From Schmidtea polychroa (Eukaryota), in NCBI GenBank assembly GCA_044892525.1, contig CM097885.1, positions 23,252,001 through 23,312,185 of the forward strand: 60,185 nt of DNA, read 5' to 3'. Positions 34,007 to 48,237 of the stretch are shown one piece after another (positions within the stretch are counted from its first letter, which is position 1; every line of letters starts with the position of its first letter). The notes under the pieces are model-generated. The model was not told the origin of the DNA. It made no database searches and worked only from the letters and a program-made list of their open reading frames with translations. The position numbers and the translations under genes are program-made.

Positions 34007-34509
34007 CTCTATTGCAACCAATTCAGCGTGCAGACATCGGCGACAGCCGGTAAATCAAAATGATGCCTATTCAGATGATATAATAAGTCAAGTTAAACAC
34101 CAGCACTCCACAACTACATCACGCGCATTGCATAATTCGTGTCAAAATGCCATTCCGCAGATAGAATTTGCGATACTAAAGTAGATGACTCGATTGTTGG
34201 TCCCACCACTGCTATAGCACATTTCCATCCGACATAAATTAATTTTCGAAGACGCAAATCCTCACTCTCATGGACCATGCAATATTTTCTTACAATAAGT
34301 ATGAACAAAGTTAGCACCAAGGATCCTGGTTGTCCTCATCATCGCAGATGTAATTACAATAGAAATTTGAAGCCTACTAGAATAGATAAACTACTGGCTG
34401 ATAATTTAAATTTTTAAAATTTTTATAAGAATGAATAAATTAATTTCCGATAAGTTGATTTTCGAGAATTTTAAGGAGTGAAATTTTGTTTTGTAAAAAT
34501 TTAAGAAAC

Positions 34510-34700
34510 AAATTTAAATAATAATTTTAGAAAATAAATTTAAATAATGATTTTAGGAAATAAATTTAAATAATAATTTTAGGAAATAAATTTAAATAAT
34601 AATTTTAGGAAATAAATTTAAATAATAATTTTAGGAAATAAATTTAAGCAATAAATTTTAGGAGATAAAGTTAAGTAGTAAACTTAAGGAATAAATTTAA
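34510..34700. repeat. 26-bp minisatellite AAATTTAAATAATAATTTTAGGAAAT, 5 copies plus degenerate ones
   Basis: Units start at 34510, 34536, 34562, 34588, 34614 and 34640. Confidence 0.85.
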
Positions 34701-36148
34701 GTAAAGAATATAATTTTCACGCGAAACCAAGTTTTCAGGGTTATTATCGGGAATCCCCAACTTGCAGGAATAATTCGTTGATATAAGGCGCTTCGAAATG
34801 CGATTTCAGCCAACAATTTAATAGTGATAAATAGACATAATTTAATTGAGTAAGATTAATAGTCCTCATTTTCTATCATTTAATTTAATTTAAATTACGA
34901 TAAGAGGTGGAACGATGCAATTATAATTATAATAGAGAAGGGGATATCTGAATAAAAGTACTCCATCATTATCCACTTGACTCGCAAACTGAATCTGTCA
35001 TGATAAAAATGTACTTCAAATCTCTTAATGTGCGATTTTATTGTAGCTTATAATAGTGCTAATTTATTGGTTTTTGCTGTGTTAGAAAATTGTTTTAAAT
35101 GTAATAAATGCTTAAGTATGAACTGTTGTCTCGTCAATATCCAAGTATCTAAATAGCTATTCTAAGACCCTTTTGTGAAAATTTGGTAAAAATTGAACGA
35201 CCTCACCCTGACCAGAGGCAATTTTCGTTCGATGTAAGTCCTTCTACGGTATTCAAGAACCCGAACTGCGAATACTGTGGGGAGTAGTCCTAACACAGGG
35301 GCTCAGCTGCTCACAGGTTCCGACCTCGGCGTACATCACCAACATGGCTCGTTGTCATGGGTTACCAGAAGGGAAAATTGTCGACAAATCACCTTGGATG
35401 CCTGGGAAAGAGTCGAATCAATTGTACAGTTACACCTAGATGCACCATATGTGGATGGCACACCCCCAGGTGCCCAAGACATATTAAAATTCTCCTTACT
35501 TTCGACATAAATGGCATATACTGAAAACATAAAACTGTAAAATTAAGGCTGTACGATTCAATTAATTTTGTGACCGAAATGCATCGGTATATATACCCTA
35601 ATTTTGGTCTGTGAGTGTGTGTGCGTGCATTGATTGAGTAAAACAAATTTAAATTATTTTAATTCTAGATAAAATCTTACTTGAAAGCCATTTATAAAAT
35701 TGCTAAAATAGACTTACTAATGAACTTCATTTCAACACATATTATATACCAACTTGTATTATAGATGCTTTTATTCCTATATGCAATAGATTTTTCAGGA
35801 ATTCTGAATTTTTAATTAAATTAAAATATTTTTGGAAAAGCGTTTGTTCTACTTTTGAAATAAATAAAATCTCAATTCAGTGCAGCATTAGTCAACCTGA
35901 ATATTTCCAAAACTGTATTTCATAAAAATTCAAAAATGTTAATAGATATTGTTGAGGAATGTAAATTAAAATAAATTTAAATGAAATTTAGGTTGAAAAT
36001 TTTGTTGGGTTATTGAGTTGGTGATAACATTTAATGTTACTCTGACTCCAAGCATGTCTTTATATAATTCACAAATAACACTTGACAACAGAAATCTTTA
36101 TTGATAATCACAAATAAACTTTCACTTGACACTGACAATAAATTCAAC

Positions 36149-39100
36149 CAGGGCCGCCGCGTACGATTGTTCATATTGTGCCCCGCACAAGGGCACCGGC
36201 AGGCGCCTCTTTCACTCGGCCCCACCTCACTAAATAAAAAAAATTAAAATTAAATATAAAAAAATTAAATGATAAAAAAGAAAAAGTGACAAATATGGAT
36301 TTATTAGAGAGATACTGGAAACGCGGGCGCTACGTATACCTTATTCTACCACGCTATGAAAGCACGCTCGTGACTTCGTGCGATGCGATCGGTGTAGATC
36401 GCTCAACTTCGTTCGATAAAGGCGTCACCGCGACGTACGGCATTTCACATTTACGTCTAGTTAAGTTTACGTTTAGTCAAGTTTACGCAAATTTACGTCT
36501 AGTCAAGACCACCGCTGCATTTGTCTTCTGCGTAAATCAAATATTTATTGATTTTCATCAGGCATTCATTATAAAATTTCAACGTAAGTATAATTTACAA
36601 TATTAAATAACTAATTATATATTAAATAACAATATTAAATAATTACAATGTATAATAAAATTTAACTTAAAATCCTTAGATGTCTGGAATCGGAAAAAAA
36701 TCAAAATTATCAGGCGCGCAAAATAAGAAAATAGACTTCAGCGAGAAGACGCTCGACAAAAGCTATCAGGTTCTTTAGATAAATTCACTATTAAATCTAT
36801 TAATCCTACTATGACTGCAACGGAAGAAAATCAAGACCTGAATCTCGAAACACAAAGTTCTTCTGGTGTATCCACAAACTCTACAATAGAAAACGAATCG
36901 AAAGAAAGTAATAAAACCGATTCCGATTCCGAAAAAATTGATTTTAACGATCCGGCTACTTGGCCAAAACAAATTAATATAAAATTAAGAGATTGTTTAA
37001 TAGAAAATGATCCTAAGCAATTAATTTTGAAAGACTTCCCAAAAAATGAGTCTGGACTTAAAGTTTCTGATAATTATTATTATCGAACTTTATCAAACGG
37101 GGAAAGAATTTGCAGGATTTATTTGCTTTATTCGAAAACTCAAAATTCAGTATTTTGTTACTTTTGCAAATTAATGTCTGACAATACTACATAACTTACT
37201 AGAGGTTGTAATGATTGGCAATTCTTAAGCCACATATTAAAAGTTCACGAAACTAGTGTTGGGCACATAAAAACAGTTCAAAATATAGCGAATTGAGATT
37301 GTCACTAAAAACAAATTGTACAATTGATGCAATGCAACAACGACTCTACGAAACCGAAAAAAAATATTGGCGATTATTCATATAATACAGTATTTATCAA
37401 GACAATGCTTGGCATTTAGAGGTTCATCTAAAACTCTTTTTCAAAACGACAACGGAAACTTTTTGAAATTAATAGAAACCATAGCTAAATTCGATCCAAT
37501 AATGTCTGAACATTTACATCGCGTTCAAACGTTTGAGAAAAAGAATATTAGTCATTATTTAGGTGATCAGATTCAAAATGAAATAATTAGCATTATAAGT
37601 GATGCTATTAAGAAAAAGATTTAAGAAATGCTCCACTCTTCAAAATATTATTCAATAATTCTTGATACAACACCAGACATAAGCCATACTGAACAGTTAA
37701 CCATTGTCATAAGATTTGTTTATCACAATAAATCGAGAAATGTTGCAGAAATTCGTGAGCATTTTTTAGGATTCCAAAGTGTAACTGACACAACCGGTGT
37801 AGGTTTATTCGAGTTCATCATTAACCATTTGAAATTAATGAACATTAATATATCAGATTTACGCGGACAGTCGTACGATAACGGAGCTAATATGCGTGGG
37901 AGACATAATGGACTTCAACAAAAAATTCTTGAAATAAATTCACGAGCTTCTTTCGTTCCATGCGCTGCTCATTCATTAAATTTGGTAGTGAACGATGCAG
38001 CTAAAATTTCATTTGAGACGGTAAATTTTTTTAGTGTGATTCAAGAACTATATAATTATTTTTCAATTAGTGTGAAACGGTGGGATGTATTAAAAAAATA
38101 AGTTAAAACTTAACCCTAAAACCACTTTCTTCAACTAGATGGGAAAGTCGGATAGAAGCCCTGAAACCTCTGAAAATGTATATGTCAGAAATTTATCAAG
38201 CTCTATTAGATATCACTAATGACCACACAAAAGACATGAATTCTAGAGCTCAAGCAAATAATATAATTTCAAGAATTTGTTCTTTTAAATTTTTGTGTTC
38301 CGTCTCAATTTGGTATGATATATTGAATCTTGTCAATATTGTCAGCAAAATAATACAAAAGCCCACATTCGATTTACAATTAGTAACAGAAAATCTTAAT
38401 TCAATTTTGAACAACTTAAAAAGTCTTAGAACTGATGATAAATTTGAAGAACTTGTGACGTCTGCAATGGCTAAAGCTAGAGAACTTGATATTGAGCCTG
38501 ATTTCCCTGAAACTCGAAAGCGAAAAAAAAGGAAGTTATTCGATTACGAAGCATCAGATGATACAGTGAAGGATGCAAAACATGATTTTAAAATTAACTT
38601 CTACTTCGCGATTCTGGACACCACTATATCGTCAATTTCAGAACGATTTCAATAATTGCAACAACACAACGAAGATTTTAAAATAATACACAACATCAAC
38701 TAACTAAAACAATGGGATAATGAGGATTTATTGAAATAAAATTAACCGACGGTGCAAACTTAAACGATGAAGATATTGATGGTATAGCTCTAAACGAAGA
38801 ATTAAAAACCATTCAATTTTTTATAAAATCTGACTTGTCTCCTCACGAGGTTTTAAATTACATTTATAAAAATGCATTAAATGAGATCTTCCCGAATATA
38901 ACTATTGTATTACGCATTTTTTTAACATTACCTGTGTCTGTTGCTTCTGGCGAAAGAAGTTTCTCTAAGTTAAAACTAATTAAAAACTATTTACGGTCTA
39001 CCATGAAGGAAGAACAATTAACGGACTATCCATAATATCTATAGAAAGCGATATTTTGGATTCCATAGATATTAACGATCTCATAAAAAACTTTGTAGCT

Positions 39101-39342
39101 GCTAAAGCTAGAAGAGTAAATATGTAAAAAGTATTTTGATTTTTGAGTGATGAATAATTATAAAGTAATCTAATTCTTAATATATGTTTGAGACAAGCAA
39201 ATTTTATTGATTGCTTAGATTTAGTACTATATATTGTATGTATATAACCCATGCCTGTAAATTATCGTATTATATCAGCTGTAATTATTTTTTAAAATTA
39301 ATTTTTAAAATTTATTAATTTTTTTTTTACGCGGCGGCCCTG
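36149..39342 (+). mobile_element. hAT DNA transposon (3,194 bp), decayed, nested in B
   Basis: Perfect 15-bp TIR CAGGGCCGCCGCGTA; 8-bp TSD AATTCAAC (36141-36148 / 39343-39350). Confidence 0.93.
36680..39127 (+). pseudogene. Fragmented hAT transposase (ZMYM1/DUF4371-like)
   Basis: Consecutive ORF pieces with VFCYFCK, LAFRG, GNFLKLI, ILDTTPDISHTEQ, QSYDNGANMRG, CAAHSLNL and TLPVSVASGERSFSKLKLIKNYLRS; several stops and frameshifts. Confidence 0.92.
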
Positions 39343-41510
39343 AATTCAACACTCTACTTGGTGACTATACAATGCTTATTACAACACTCGGTGAGGAATA
39401 GCACTTTCGTATAACACCGGATTAAAAGATCACAAATTACTGATTGGTTTCTAAACTGGGATTTTGAGCTGGTTGTTTTTTTTTACTTTCGTTCAAACTT
39501 TATTCAAATAATCAATAACTTCTTTTCGTTTTATTATTCAGCTAATTCTTCTCTTCAACTCTTCTCCAATAATTATTTTCCACAATTATTTCCTTTACAA
39601 TTATTTTGACAATCGTTTATTCAACAAAGTTTCGTCCAACGTCTAATTTTCTTTGATAATTCTATTTCTCAAATCGTCTCTCAAATCGTTTCTCAAATCG
39701 TCTTCCAAATCGTCTCTCAAATCGTTTCTCCCTTTGTTCTAATTTCACGTTCACCGGTTTTCCTTTATATAGTTCGCTTCTCTTGTGGCACTCCAGATAC
39801 TCAAGTGTTTTTCCACTTTCTATCTCCTGCTTTCCCCGACTGTCCCATTTTTATCTCTGACAGCTGTCAAGTTGTTTTGCCCTTTTTCCTTTCTTGTTTG
39901 GCTGCCTTCTCCCATCAATTCTATTATCACTCGCAAGCTGTCGAGATAAGGATATTGTTGTTTTCCTTTTTCCCTGATTTCAAAATTCCATTTCCTTTTT
40001 GTACTAATTAATTAGTACTGACCTTGATTTCTATTTTCTCGTTTGATAACTTTTATTTCCTTTCTCTTTCTCATTTTTGATTTCTTTTCACTTCCGTTTT
40101 CTTTTCTGAGTCTCTATAGATCGTCCCGTTTGTCATGGCGATCTTCCCCCAGGTAATTTTATATATTTCTTTATGAATTATTATTTAGGTATCCTCAACA
40201 ATTTAAATAAAAAGTAAGTGAAGAAAAAAGACAAATAAAAGCGTGATCATGCACAGAATTGATAGTAAAGGAAAGTATGATAAAAGCAGTATTAGAAAAT
40301 CGCAAAAGAAATTGCGATAGGCAAGAATCCGGAAATCCAAGAAAAATCAATAAATGGTAAAATCATCGAAATCGAATTGGGAAAACGGGGCAGGTATAGA
40401 TTAGCTAATGGTCAACAAGATGATGATTAGGGATTTATCAGAAAATGGTTAGAAAGAGTCGAAAAGCATTCAAATGTGTGAAAACAGAAAACGTTAATTA
40501 ATTAATTGGCTAAGAGGAAACCCGAGCTAATGGGAAACCCGAGCCAATGGAGAACCCGAGAGATGAAGGAAACCGAGCTGGGTAAATAAAGAGAAAAGTA
40601 AATAGAATGAAGATTTGGGCCCATTAGCGTGACACAGTGATTAATTGGAAATGAACAAGGAGAAGATAATGCATGCAGAAAGACCGGACGGGCCATTAAT
40701 TATCTTTGTTCGTTGGACCATTATGGGTGACAGCCGAAGCAAATATGTGGATTCGAATGTCAAGTGAGAGTTTGGTTCGGCAATAACCATTTGTCATCCC
40801 GATTTCGAAGAGTATATAAGGAATAGGTAAAATCAGAGCAAATCGGCATTTTGCCTCAGGGTAAAAAGAAACGAGAATAGGCGAAAGGTAAAAACAAATT
40901 AAGGAAATTAGGGGAAAAGAAGATATAGAATAGGAATACGAAAAGGTGAAAAAGGATCGAATCAAATAAAAAAAGGAAAACGTTGGTCGAGAGAACCTAA
41001 GGAAATAAAAGGTGAATATTATCTCTATCAAAATATCAACACGGAGCGGAAAATCGGTGAAACTCGAACTGTTGAACTATTGATTATTGATTGTATAATG
41101 TTAAGAGAATATATATTTTTTTGATTCAAATATACGTTGGGTCGTTTAATGTTTGATTAAAAAGACACGAGTAGTCAGAGTTAACCGACTTAAATTAACG
41201 GAAAACCCAACAATATCAAAGAAAAATAAACAAGTAACTAAAAAGAGTTATTGTAGAATATATGTAAGTTAAAGTATTTGCATTATATTAAACTAATATA
41301 TAATATCAAATTAAACAAATAACGCCAATTGTAACAAAGTACTAAAATGAAATTATATATTTTTGCTAAACTTTTATCACTTAATTCAACCATCAAAAGA
41401 ATGTAGTAGATATTTAATTTTTATTATTTATTCAATGTATAAAATGTTTTCAAAACACAAGATATGTGAAATATAATGAAAACCAACAAATAAAGTATAT
41501 GATAATGATG

Positions 41511-41621
<111 letters not shown>

Positions 41622-41683
41622 GTAATAAGTTTGAAGTTTAAAAATTTAAATTCAAAACTTTTATTTTCGACAAAATTATACTT

Positions 41684-43135
41684 TCAATTTATTAGAGTTC
41701 TTAAGAAAAAAGGCAAGGCACAAAACATTAGATTTAATATTCCTAAAACAATACTAAGAATATGAAATCCAAATATTTCAGCTATTGGACCACTAGATAA
41801 TGTTCCAATTACTCTACAAATGGTCATAGATTGTGATGTCAAGGATGACATGGTCCCGTAATTGGAATTAAAGTATTGGTCAGCCAGATATGTTGTCAAT
41901 GGAAATATTACTTGTTCAACAATTCCCACACAGAAATACATGCCAATAATCGGAATGAATAGCAAACGCCAATCATGACTGAATGGCAATAGTATCAGTA
42001 AAATACCAACAATCATTTGTGCAATTATTGGAGTGTAGAAGAGAAACTTAGGAGCGTATTTAACATTTAAAATAACTAATCCTACTCCCCCTATATATCC
42101 AATAAATCCAAAAGCCCAAACCAATCCTTGTTGAGTTTCCGTTGCGCACAATCGGAACCCCATCCATGAAGGCAGTGTTGCTGGCAACGCAAACATACTA
42201 AAGTTCGCAATAAATAGTTGAACTAGACAGATTAAAACAAAAGGGTTTTTAAGCATGCGCATTATCGAAATCAAAGGACTTTTATTCTGTTTATCTTTCT
42301 TTGGATTGAAATCAGAATTTTTATCAAAACTTTGAGTTGAATTTATAATTTTGACTGGAATTTCTTCCTTAATTTCATTGCTTACATTTTTAGTTTCTAT
42401 AATATTTTTATTATTTGATTTTTGAATGCCAATTGCATTTTCATCCTTATTCATAGAATCATTAGAAACATGTTTGTACAGCAAAACTGTGACCAAAATT
42501 GTAACAACCCATAAAGGTATGAGCAGAAAGAAAACTGATGATTTCCCTAAACTTACGTCTATTTCTGCTCCATATATTGCACCGATAGAATGACTGAAGA
42601 AATATAAAGTATTTCCTAAACCAAAATATCGGCCTCTCGTGTTGATATTTGGAAAGAGATTTGAAATTATTGCCATGACTGAAATAAATAGTGCTGAGTT
42701 GACGAAAGCATCGAGAACCCTTCCAAACATATAAGCTAACACCGAATTTCCAAAACCGTAAGTCAAAGACACAACGATGCCCAAACATTGTGCTGTTATT
42801 AAAATCGCAAAATTGTTTACTTTATCAACAAGACATCCAACTATTGAATTCGAAATCACCTGGGCCAGATTTTTGGCTAGGAATACCATACTAACGATGA
42901 AGTATGGAGGTTTATGAATTTGACAAGGTTTTGAAATATTCACCATTAGATTGGTCGTGTCATAAACTGTGACATTGAAAGGGAGGTTGGCAGTAGCATT
43001 GGCAGTGGCATTATCAAGTTTGTCGACGAGATATTTTGGGAGAATCGTATACAGACTGCTTTCTGGAATAGTTATCATGAAAGAGTTCAAGCTCACCATG
43101 AGAATTACTAAAACACTGCCAGATCTAAACGGCAT
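41684..43135 (-). CDS. MFS transporter, divergent SLC18 (VAChT/VMAT)-like, intronless; copy 1 (483 aa)
   Basis: About 12 hydrophobic segments, N-glycosylation-rich loop 1 (NAT, NVT, NIS), GCLVDKV MFS motif A. WMGFRLCATETQQGLVW and FPLTTYLAD...YG...GPIAEIFGF...GILNL resemble, from memory, the VAChT C-terminal half. Confidence 0.85.
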   Translation of the reverse strand: MPFRSGSVLVILMVSLNSFMITIPESSLYTILPKYLVDKLDNATANATANLPFNVTVYDTTNLMVNISKPCQIHKPPYFIVSMVFLAKNLAQVISNSIVGCLVDKVNNFAILITAQCLGIVVSLTYGFGNSVLAYMFGRVLDAFVNSALFISVMAIISNLFPNINTRGRYFGLGNTLYFFSHSIGAIYGAEIDVSLGKSSVFFLLIPLWVVTILVTVLLYKHVSNDSMNKDENAIGIQKSNNKNIIETKNVSNEIKEEIPVKIINSTQSFDKNSDFNPKKDKQNKSPLISIMRMLKNPFVLICLVQLFIANFSMFALPATLPSWMGFRLCATETQQGLVWAFGFIGYIGGVGLVILNVKYAPKFLFYTPIIAQMIVGILLILLPFSHDWRLLFIPIIGMYFCVGIVEQVIFPLTTYLADQYFNSNYGTMSSLTSQSMTICRVIGTLSSGPIAEIFGFHILSIVLGILNLMFCALPFFLRTLIN

Positions 43136-43641
43136 TGAATGTTATTCTCAGTGAAATTCACAGTTAGAGAAATACATATTTATATACATGTTCATATTTC
43201 ACAATTCGAGAGATATCAAATGGATATTTACGCAAATGTCGAAATAACTTACTGAACAGATAATGTTCTGCATAAAGTACAAAAATTAATTACTAAAACA
43301 ATAAAATAATCTTGCGATTAAATATGAAATTTATTCAAATTTGATTATTGGAAATAAAATTTTATTTTATTTTATTTATTAAATTTTTTAAATAAATTTT
43401 TTTAAATATTTAAATTTTTTATCAATTTATATATTTTTTAAAATATAAGAAAGACTCAATCCGAAATGAAGAAGAGAGCTGATACTGTTAAATTTGGTAT
43501 TGGAGTGATCAGGACCTATTTGAGGTTGAAATATTTCACTTTATGAATACACACTGCGGATTATCACTTATAAAGTTATTTATTGAAATTATATTTTAAT
43601 AAATGATTTCCCTATCGACAAGTTTTTTCAACGTTTAAATA

Positions 43642-44416
43642 TGTTGGGATAATATATAAAGGCATAAAAATGAAATAGAAGCACAGGTAAAATAAATAAA
43701 AACACCATAATAAAAGTACAAAAATTAATTGAAAATTTATAAAATTTGGAAAATAATATTGATCTGGGAAATGTATATGGTTGAACTCCCAATCGAAAGA
43801 CGAACTCATGAATTACAATAAAAACTTATTGAGGGGTCCCTAGAAAGTTATAGCATAAAAAACAAATTAATTGAAATTAATTAATCAATTAGTGGAAAGC
43901 TCGAGTCAATGGAAAACCCGATGCGTATAGACAGCCGAGAAGTAAGGGAAGCCCGATAGATTATTAAATTATTAGAATAAGTTCAGATAAAGCATCAAAG
44001 ACGTGCCGAGCAATTCACTTGCTGTGGAGTCAATTAGACTCGAAGTGATCGAATAATTTTTGAATAGCAATTAAATTGTTTTGAAAGACAAAATATAAAA
44101 AGAGAGCTTTAGAAAAGTGAATTGCCAGTTGGTCGAACAAAGCGATAAGTAATTTGTTAACGTTTGCAAAGCTCCGAGAGAAACAAAAAATAAAATCTAA
44201 GTGAAAATTATAAATTATCTTACCAAACATATGATTACCGATTGGGCAACCTACCATATAGATTATTTTCTAAGAAAGGTGCAAATACAGTGAAAAATTG
44301 TGATTGTGATCAAAATTGAATAAAGTGTTCTGTGTTGGGTTTGAGTTATTCGATTGGAATATTAAAGAACATGAGGAGTCAGAAACTAACCGACTTTATT
44401 GATTAATAGCCCAACA
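43642..44416 (+). mobile_element. Solo-LTR-like element C (775 bp)
   Basis: TGTTGGG...CCCAACA; 4-bp TSD AATA; the 3' part (GAGTCAGAAACTAACCGACTT) resembles the 3' end of element A. Confidence 0.78.
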
Positions 44417-46067
44417 AATATGAAAGTATATGTACCACTTACTTTCAATGTAAAATAAAATTTCAAAAGGAAAGCAATTAAATCTCAAAAATTTAAATTA
44501 AGAGTAAAATTAATTAAATTTAATATTTTATAAGGGAATGGTATGAGCGAGTTGCAAATTAAACTTTAAAGATGGACATACTAATTAAAGATTAGTGGGG
44601 ATCCACAGGTAAGGCTATTAAAAAACAAATTTACTTATCAATTAATTATTCAAATATTTGGTTGATAATGGTAAATGCGACAGGTGCATTAGCAGTCTAT
44701 TAATTTCAGATAGTGGATAATTAGAATTTTCTAGAGCCCGGGAATCACTGTTGGGGAAAATCGTTTAATAATTATAAATAATTACGGCTTTTGGAACCGC
44801 TGTTTGCGAGATGATCGGCTAATTTGGGTCGGTAATAAAAGTTTCTAATCCTGGTGTTTAATCAACACTTGGATTATCCACCAAACCGTATAGAACAGGT
44901 GGGTTACATAAAACCAAAATCATACATTTCATGCTGTTTCCAGAGTAACCAAGAATCCAAAGCTTCCCTACCACTAGAAACCCGTTGAAATAACAACGTC
45001 AGTAGTTTGTCAAATTGTTAGTTAAAAATGACCTCACTCCTGTGAACTATAAATAGCCAATATCTTCATGGGTCAACGGACTATCGATGGAATATATGTA
45101 TCTGATTTAATTCACTGTCCCTGCTGTCATCTAACACTTATCGGAAAACATAAAAATTATAAAAAAATTAGACCTGAATAATTTATTTAAATTTTATTAT
45201 ACACAAGAAAATTATTTATCCTCATTTTAATCTAATTGAGAATGAACATTCGTTGATCACCGTTTCACACAGAAACTCTGCGTAATATCGTCAACCCAAT
45301 GTTTCAAATTAATCCGTTAAACAGGCTTGACAATTTCATTAAAGTTCTCATTTATTTTGATCTATGTTTGACTACAAATTATTATCATGCTAAATAATTT
45401 TATAAATTATGTTTGCTCCTATTATTCCGCGAAACCATATTAATTTTGTTGACGCTATACATTGATCATATTTATAAATCGAAGACATTTTTTATAAAAT
45501 CGCCAACCAAATTGTGATATGAAAATAATTCATCCTCAATTGTGAAAGTTCAGTGGCACAAGCAGCCATCTCCCGTAAAAAATAACAATAATATAAATTA
45601 CTGATCAAACTCAACGCATACTGTCGATAAATTATCGCAAACTAATTAAAGGAAAAGTAAATAAATCTCGCGTGTTAATCAACACAAAATTCAAATAATT
45701 GTTTGTCAATTTGACTTCAATAAAATAAACTGCAATTCAACGAATATCGATTATTATTTTACGTTTCCGTTTAGAAAATACAAAATTACACAAACACTAA
45801 AATATGTCCATGAAAAAAAAATTGACAATTTACGCTGTCACAAAATTTTCTTCCACAAGTGATTCATTTACTTATATCAAATCGGATAGTATGTTGGATT
45901 ATGCTCTATTTTGGCTATCTGCCGGATATCGATTGTTGAAACTTATTATTCATCAATTATTAGATTTAGTTGTTTGAATTATTTATTCATCGAATTCTGT
46001 GCTAGTGTTTGTTAAATTCGATTTTATCTATCAAAGATGTTAATTTGGAGTTTGTGATTGACACTTA

Positions 46068-47017
46068 TGTTAGGTTCGATGGGTAGTTCGATCTAACACA
46101 AAAAGATTTGACTCCACAAATTATATGTTAGGTTGCGCGTGAATATTTTGATATTAAATGAATAAATAACAATATGATTTACAAAACTTTATTCAGGTAA
46201 ATATAAATTACAGAAAAACTTGATTTACAAAAACAACAAATACTGGCTGCGCTTAAGTTAAGATAACGGTTATTCAAACCGCTCTAAAGATTACTTCTAA
46301 GAATCAAGGCTGGCCCTAAATGCACCAACAGCCCGAAATAGGTACAAGTATTAATAAGAGGGATTTCCGAAATTTAAGCGCGATACTATTAACCCATATA
46401 AACGGTTAATAGTTTTATTTAAATCAGTCAAAACAGCTACAAAAAGTGTTGGCTGATGACGGTGCCCTTTAGATATATTTAAATGTTTAAAAATTAAAAG
46501 GTTAATAATTATTATTATCGTAATTAATCAATAAACTAACTAGAATCGTTTTAACTCTTGTGAATGATGATGAAATAATATATTCCGCACTAAATATCAT
46601 CGATCGATAAATAATTTATAGAAATTAGAACTATCTCGATTATTTTCTAAAAATAGCTTTGCTTTCGTTTATTTAATGGTGAGCCTCCTAAATATATTGT
46701 TTTTTCTTTTCCTTTCGTTTCTCATATTTTTGTCTCCTCAAACTAAAATTTACAACGGTATTTATATTATTTTTATTTAATCTATTTTATTAATAGTAAT
46801 TATTTAATTACTATTTTTACTTCTTATTTTTATTTAAATACTATTTTTGTTAAAAATCTAAATATAGTATTTGTTTATTACTATTTATAATTAAATTCTA
46901 AGCTTAGTAATTTTAGTTCTATTTTTGGTAATTATTTAATACTATTGATAATTAATTTTTATTTAATTCAAAAGCTTTCCTAATACCTTTAATTCCGGTT
47001 CTTACTGAACCCCAACA
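46068..47017 (-). mobile_element. Solo-LTR-like element D (950 bp)
   Basis: TGTTAGGTTC...GAACCCCAACA; 4-bp TSD CTTA; TGACTCCA motif near the left end. Confidence 0.72.
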
Positions 47018-47309
47018 CTTATGTGCCAAACTTCAATCACGTTTTCTCGATAAGAGATTGTATAATTTTTATAATTAATGAAGCATCTATGTGTCTCTTT
47101 TAAGAGCATTTGAAACTTTAAATCGATACTTTAAATGCTTAACTGTGGCCACGTTTTCTTGATTTATTGCATTCAAATTGCTTCATGTTAAAATATTGTA
47201 CTACAAGGTCTGAAGTACTATGCTTAGACTCAAAAATCAACCACGACATTGGACGTTCTTATTAAAGTTATATTGTTTGATAATGTCACGTTGTTAGTCA
47301 GCTTACATG

Positions 47310-47495
47310 TAATTGCTGGGATACTGATACTATTGCCATTCATTCATGATTCGCGTTTGCTATTCATTTCGATTATTGTCATGTATTTCTGTGTAGGAAT
47401 TGTTGAACAAGTAATATTCCCATTGACAATAGATCTGGCTGACAAATACTTTAATTCCGATTACGGAACGGTGTCATCCTTGACATCACAATCTT
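47310..47495 (+). pseudogene. Truncated third copy of the SLC18-like transporter (TM9-TM11 region)
   Basis: GILILLPFIHDSRLLFISIIVMYFCVGIVEQVIFPLTIDLADKYFNSDYGTVSSLTSQSL matches both intact copies; the downstream flank mirrors 41213-41630. Confidence 0.88.
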
Positions 47496-47572
47496 TGATA
47501 TATTTATTAATTTGCAAGTCAGAGGTACTACAGTTAGCATTGCTATTTTTATTTATTATTATTTAATATTAC

Positions 47573-47702
<130 letters not shown>

Positions 47703-47834
47703 CATCATTATCATATACTTTATTTGTTGGTTTTCATTATATTTCACATATCTTGTGTTTTGAAAACATTTTATACATTGAATAAATAATAAAAATTAAA
47801 TATCACCTATATTATTTTGATGGTTGAATTAAGT

Positions 47835-48001
47835 CAGGGGTCTCAAACACGCGGCCCGCTGCGTTACATTTGGCGGCCCGCAACGAAAAAACATAGATTT
47901 GTAATTTAACCAAACTTATTTAACAATTAAAATCATAATTGGCTGTATAAATTAAAACTTATCTTTTTAATTATTTTTATTTATACATATGACGTTATAC
48001 A

Positions 48002-48071
<70 letters not shown>

Positions 48072-48237
48072 AATAAAAAAATGTTTTTTAGTTTTGTTAA
48101 GTTTTTAATTAAATAAATATTAACGTCGGAGTTTCAGACTCCACATGTTCTGAAAAACAATTATTTATGTTGCGGCCCGCCGGCTCATAATACTAGTCTA
48201 ATGCGGCCCGCAGGCCAGTTTGAGTTTGAAACCCCTG
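47835..48237. mobile_element. hAT (Charlie/Buster-type) MITE, 403 bp
   Basis: TIRs CAGGGGTCTCAAAC / GTTTGAAACCCCTG; subterminal GCGGCCCG repeats; 8-bp TSD AATTAAGT; empty site at 41379-41386. Confidence 0.92.

Larger units (their letters stand above)
36003..40200 (-). mobile_element. Solo-LTR-like element B (~1.0 kb net), opposite orientation, nested in A
   Basis: TGTTGGG...CCTCAACA; 4-bp TSD ATTT (35999-36002 / 40201-40204); shares the AGTCAGA subterminal motif with A. Confidence 0.72.
35950..41212 (+). mobile_element. Solo-LTR-like element A (~1.06 kb net) carrying two nested insertions
   Basis: TGTTGAGG...CCCAACA; 4-bp TSD ATAT (35946-35949 / 41213-41216); the empty site is preserved in the inverted paralogous segment at about 48408-48411. 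Confidence 0.8.

Noticed and set aside
35200..35650. GC-richer patch with overlapping short ORFs (also 44680-45130)
   Set aside because: Could be exon or TE remnants, but no recognisable domain or consistent splice model could be supported.
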